Below, one piece after another: positions 4,426 through 5,710 of a DNA stretch of 5,710 nt. This DNA comes from a virus. The stretch lies in UHGV virus genome UHGV-0350660, one strand, 5' to 3'. A program made the position numbers and the translations under genes. The stretch's first letter is position 1; every line of letters begins with the position of its first letter. Below the pieces are notes generated by a model. The model had not been told where the DNA came from. It did no database searches and was given only the letters and a program-made list of their open reading frames with translations.

Positions 4426-5710
4426 TTAATCATCCTCCGTTCTAATGCCTGCAACAATTAAGGCAGCAGAAAAAGCAGAAATAGAAATAACAACAGGCTT
4501 AATAAATTCAGCAATCTGACAAACAGGGTCAAAGGAGAACTCAATAGTTTTGTTTAGACCCATAAAATTTATGTCACTGGAGAGAGGAGGAGGACAAGAA
4601 CCACCAAAAGAAATATCAGTATCAACTTCAATGTCCTGTTCAAGATCAGGAATTTCTAATTCTGTATCAGTATTTTCTTCAGGTTGATCATAATATTCTT
4701 CTTTAACTTTTGCCCAAGCTTCCGAAATTGATGTAGCCCATTCTTCTGCTTTTGATTTTCCTGTTTCCCACCAGTTTGTAAGAGTTTGAGGAAAAGAAAT
4801 AACAACTTGAGCAGCTTCACAAACTAAAGGCGCCCATCCACAGAAAACAGGAAATTCTAAAGATAAATCCATTGCTTCGGGATTTTGAGTATTAGGCTTT
4901 GATTGTCCTTGAGCTTCATTTGCTTTTTCAGCAGCAGCTTCATCAGCAGGTTTTGTTTGTGCAGATGCTTCTAATTGTTGAGCAATAGGACGAGCTTTAG
5001 CTTCATCTTTTTCAGCTTCTGCAACAATGTCAGCAGCAGCAGCAGTAGTAGCAACTTGAGCACTTGTATCACCACCTTGAGCATTTGATATAACTTGTTG
5101 AGCTACAACATCGAGGGGAAGTGTTTTTTGTTCTTGTTCAGCATTAGGATCATAGGCAGGATTAATTACAGCATCCATTATAAATTCATTGTCACCATGA
5201 GAAAAAGAAATGACACAAGTGGCGGAAGCTTTATTTGATGTATAGCTAATATTCTTAACAGATTTTAAACTACCAACTAGATCATATTTAGAAGCCAAAA
5301 ATGCAATATGAGCACGACAAGACGCATCAGGAGAGGGAGTATTGTATTGCCAAATCCATTGGTTAGAGGGGTCAGCTGGAGAAGCTGGTGGTGTATATTT
5401 AATCTGATTATTTGCAGGATCAAGAACCCAATCAACAGCACCTAATAACTGTTCTACAGCAACAGAAAGAGCATAACCAGCAGCACCACGGGCAAGAACT
5501 TTAGCAACGCCACTTGCAGGAGGAGTAATTTTTGCAGTGCCTTTTTTTATGTAGTCAACACCGTCAATAACGACTTTTTTTGTACCTTCATAAACAGTTG
5601 ATGCACCTTGAGCTACACCACCGCCCAAAGTCCAACCGCCAACGTTGGCAGCAAAAGTAGGACGAATAATTAATGCTGTTACAAGAAGAAAAACTATAAC
5701 TTGCTTGCTA
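4426..5710 (-). CDS. pIII-like adsorption / minor coat protein, 5'-partial (N-terminus beyond the right window edge). At least 427 aa are visible.
   Basis: The reading frame stays open from 5628 to the window edge. The extra residues are ..SKQVIVFLLVTALIIRPTFAANVGGWTL|GGGVAQ.., a typical signal peptide (hydrophobic core plus TFA|A). The track's M at 5626-5628 is actually a TTG Leu codon. The architecture is an N-terminal globular domain with Cys104/Cys138, an Ala/Glu/Gln-rich low-complexity linker (aa about 185-252, nt about 4873-5076), and a C-domain with Cys pairs and a C-terminal membrane anchor FIKPVVISISAFSAALIVAGI followed by RTEDD. It sits directly upstream of the pVI-like and pI-like genes. 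Confidence 0.75.
   Translation of the reverse strand, partial: SKQVIVFLLVTALIIRPTFAANVGGWTLGGGVAQGASTVYEGTKKVVIDGVDYIKKGTAKITPPASGVAKVLARGAAGYALSVAVEQLLGAVDWVLDPANNQIKYTPPASPADPSNQWIWQYNTPSPDASCRAHIAFLASKYDLVGSLKSVKNISYTSNKASATCVISFSHGDNEFIMDAVINPAYDPNAEQEQKTLPLDVVAQQVISNAQGGDTSAQVATTAAAADIVAEAEKDEAKARPIAQQLEASAQTKPADEAAAEKANEAQGQSKPNTQNPEAMDLSLEFPVFCGWAPLVCEAAQVVISFPQTLTNWWETGKSKAEEWATSISEAWAKVKEEYYDQPEENTDTELEIPDLEQDIEVDTDISFGGSCPPPLSSDINFMGLNKTIEFSFDPVCQIAEFIKPVVISISAFSAALIVAGIRTEDD

Noticed and set aside
5033-5060. GCAGCAGCAGCAGCAGTAGTAGCA trinucleotide run as a possible contingency or slippage locus.
   Set aside because: The run is short, about 5 GCA units, and impure. It lies in the Ala-rich linker of pIII, where it simply encodes low-complexity sequence. 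In-frame 3-nt slippage would only change linker length. It is not compelling as phase variation.
1-5710. CRISPR arrays, tRNA/rRNA genes, IS elements and transposases.
   Set aside because: There are no regularly spaced direct repeats and no cloverleaf-compatible segments. No DDE- or serine-recombinase-like ORFs are present. The only terminal inverted repeat (GCGACC/GGTCGC at 4077-4145) flanks a 69-bp non-coding island that is far too small for an IS.

Overview
The whole 5.7 kb window is a filamentous-phage (Inoviridae-type) genome segment or prophage module. It is AT-rich, roughly 40% GC by eye. No tRNA, rRNA, CRISPR, transposase or integrase is visible. Every convincing gene except one is on the minus strand and follows canonical inovirus order. 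Reading the minus strand from high to low coordinates, the order is: a pIII-like adsorption protein that runs off the right edge, a pVI-like small membrane protein, and a Zot/pI-family P-loop assembly ATPase. Next come a structured intergenic region, an HUH-type rolling-circle Rep (pII-like), a gV-like ssDNA-binding protein, one small pVII/pIX-like minor coat protein, and a pVIII-like major coat protein. An intrinsic terminator follows the coat gene, and the first 22 codons of another small hydrophobic ORF run off the left edge. No pIV secretin gene lies between pI and rep, so the phage probably exports through a host secretin. The only plausible plus-strand gene is a 60-aa ribbon-helix-helix-like ORF convergent with rep. 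It shares a compact divergent promoter/operator region with gV, built from TTGTCA/TGACAA palindromes. One 10-mer from that region recurs inside a large palindrome upstream of rep. Other points: a 69-bp GC-rich, inverted-repeat-bounded structured element sits anomalously between pVI and pI. A weak dif-like XerC/D candidate site lies in the rep-proximal intergenic region. A 7-aa motif (AMDLSLE) and its underlying nucleotide stretch are shared by pIII and Zot. Two intra-operon intrinsic terminators are present. The host cannot be identified from sequence alone.
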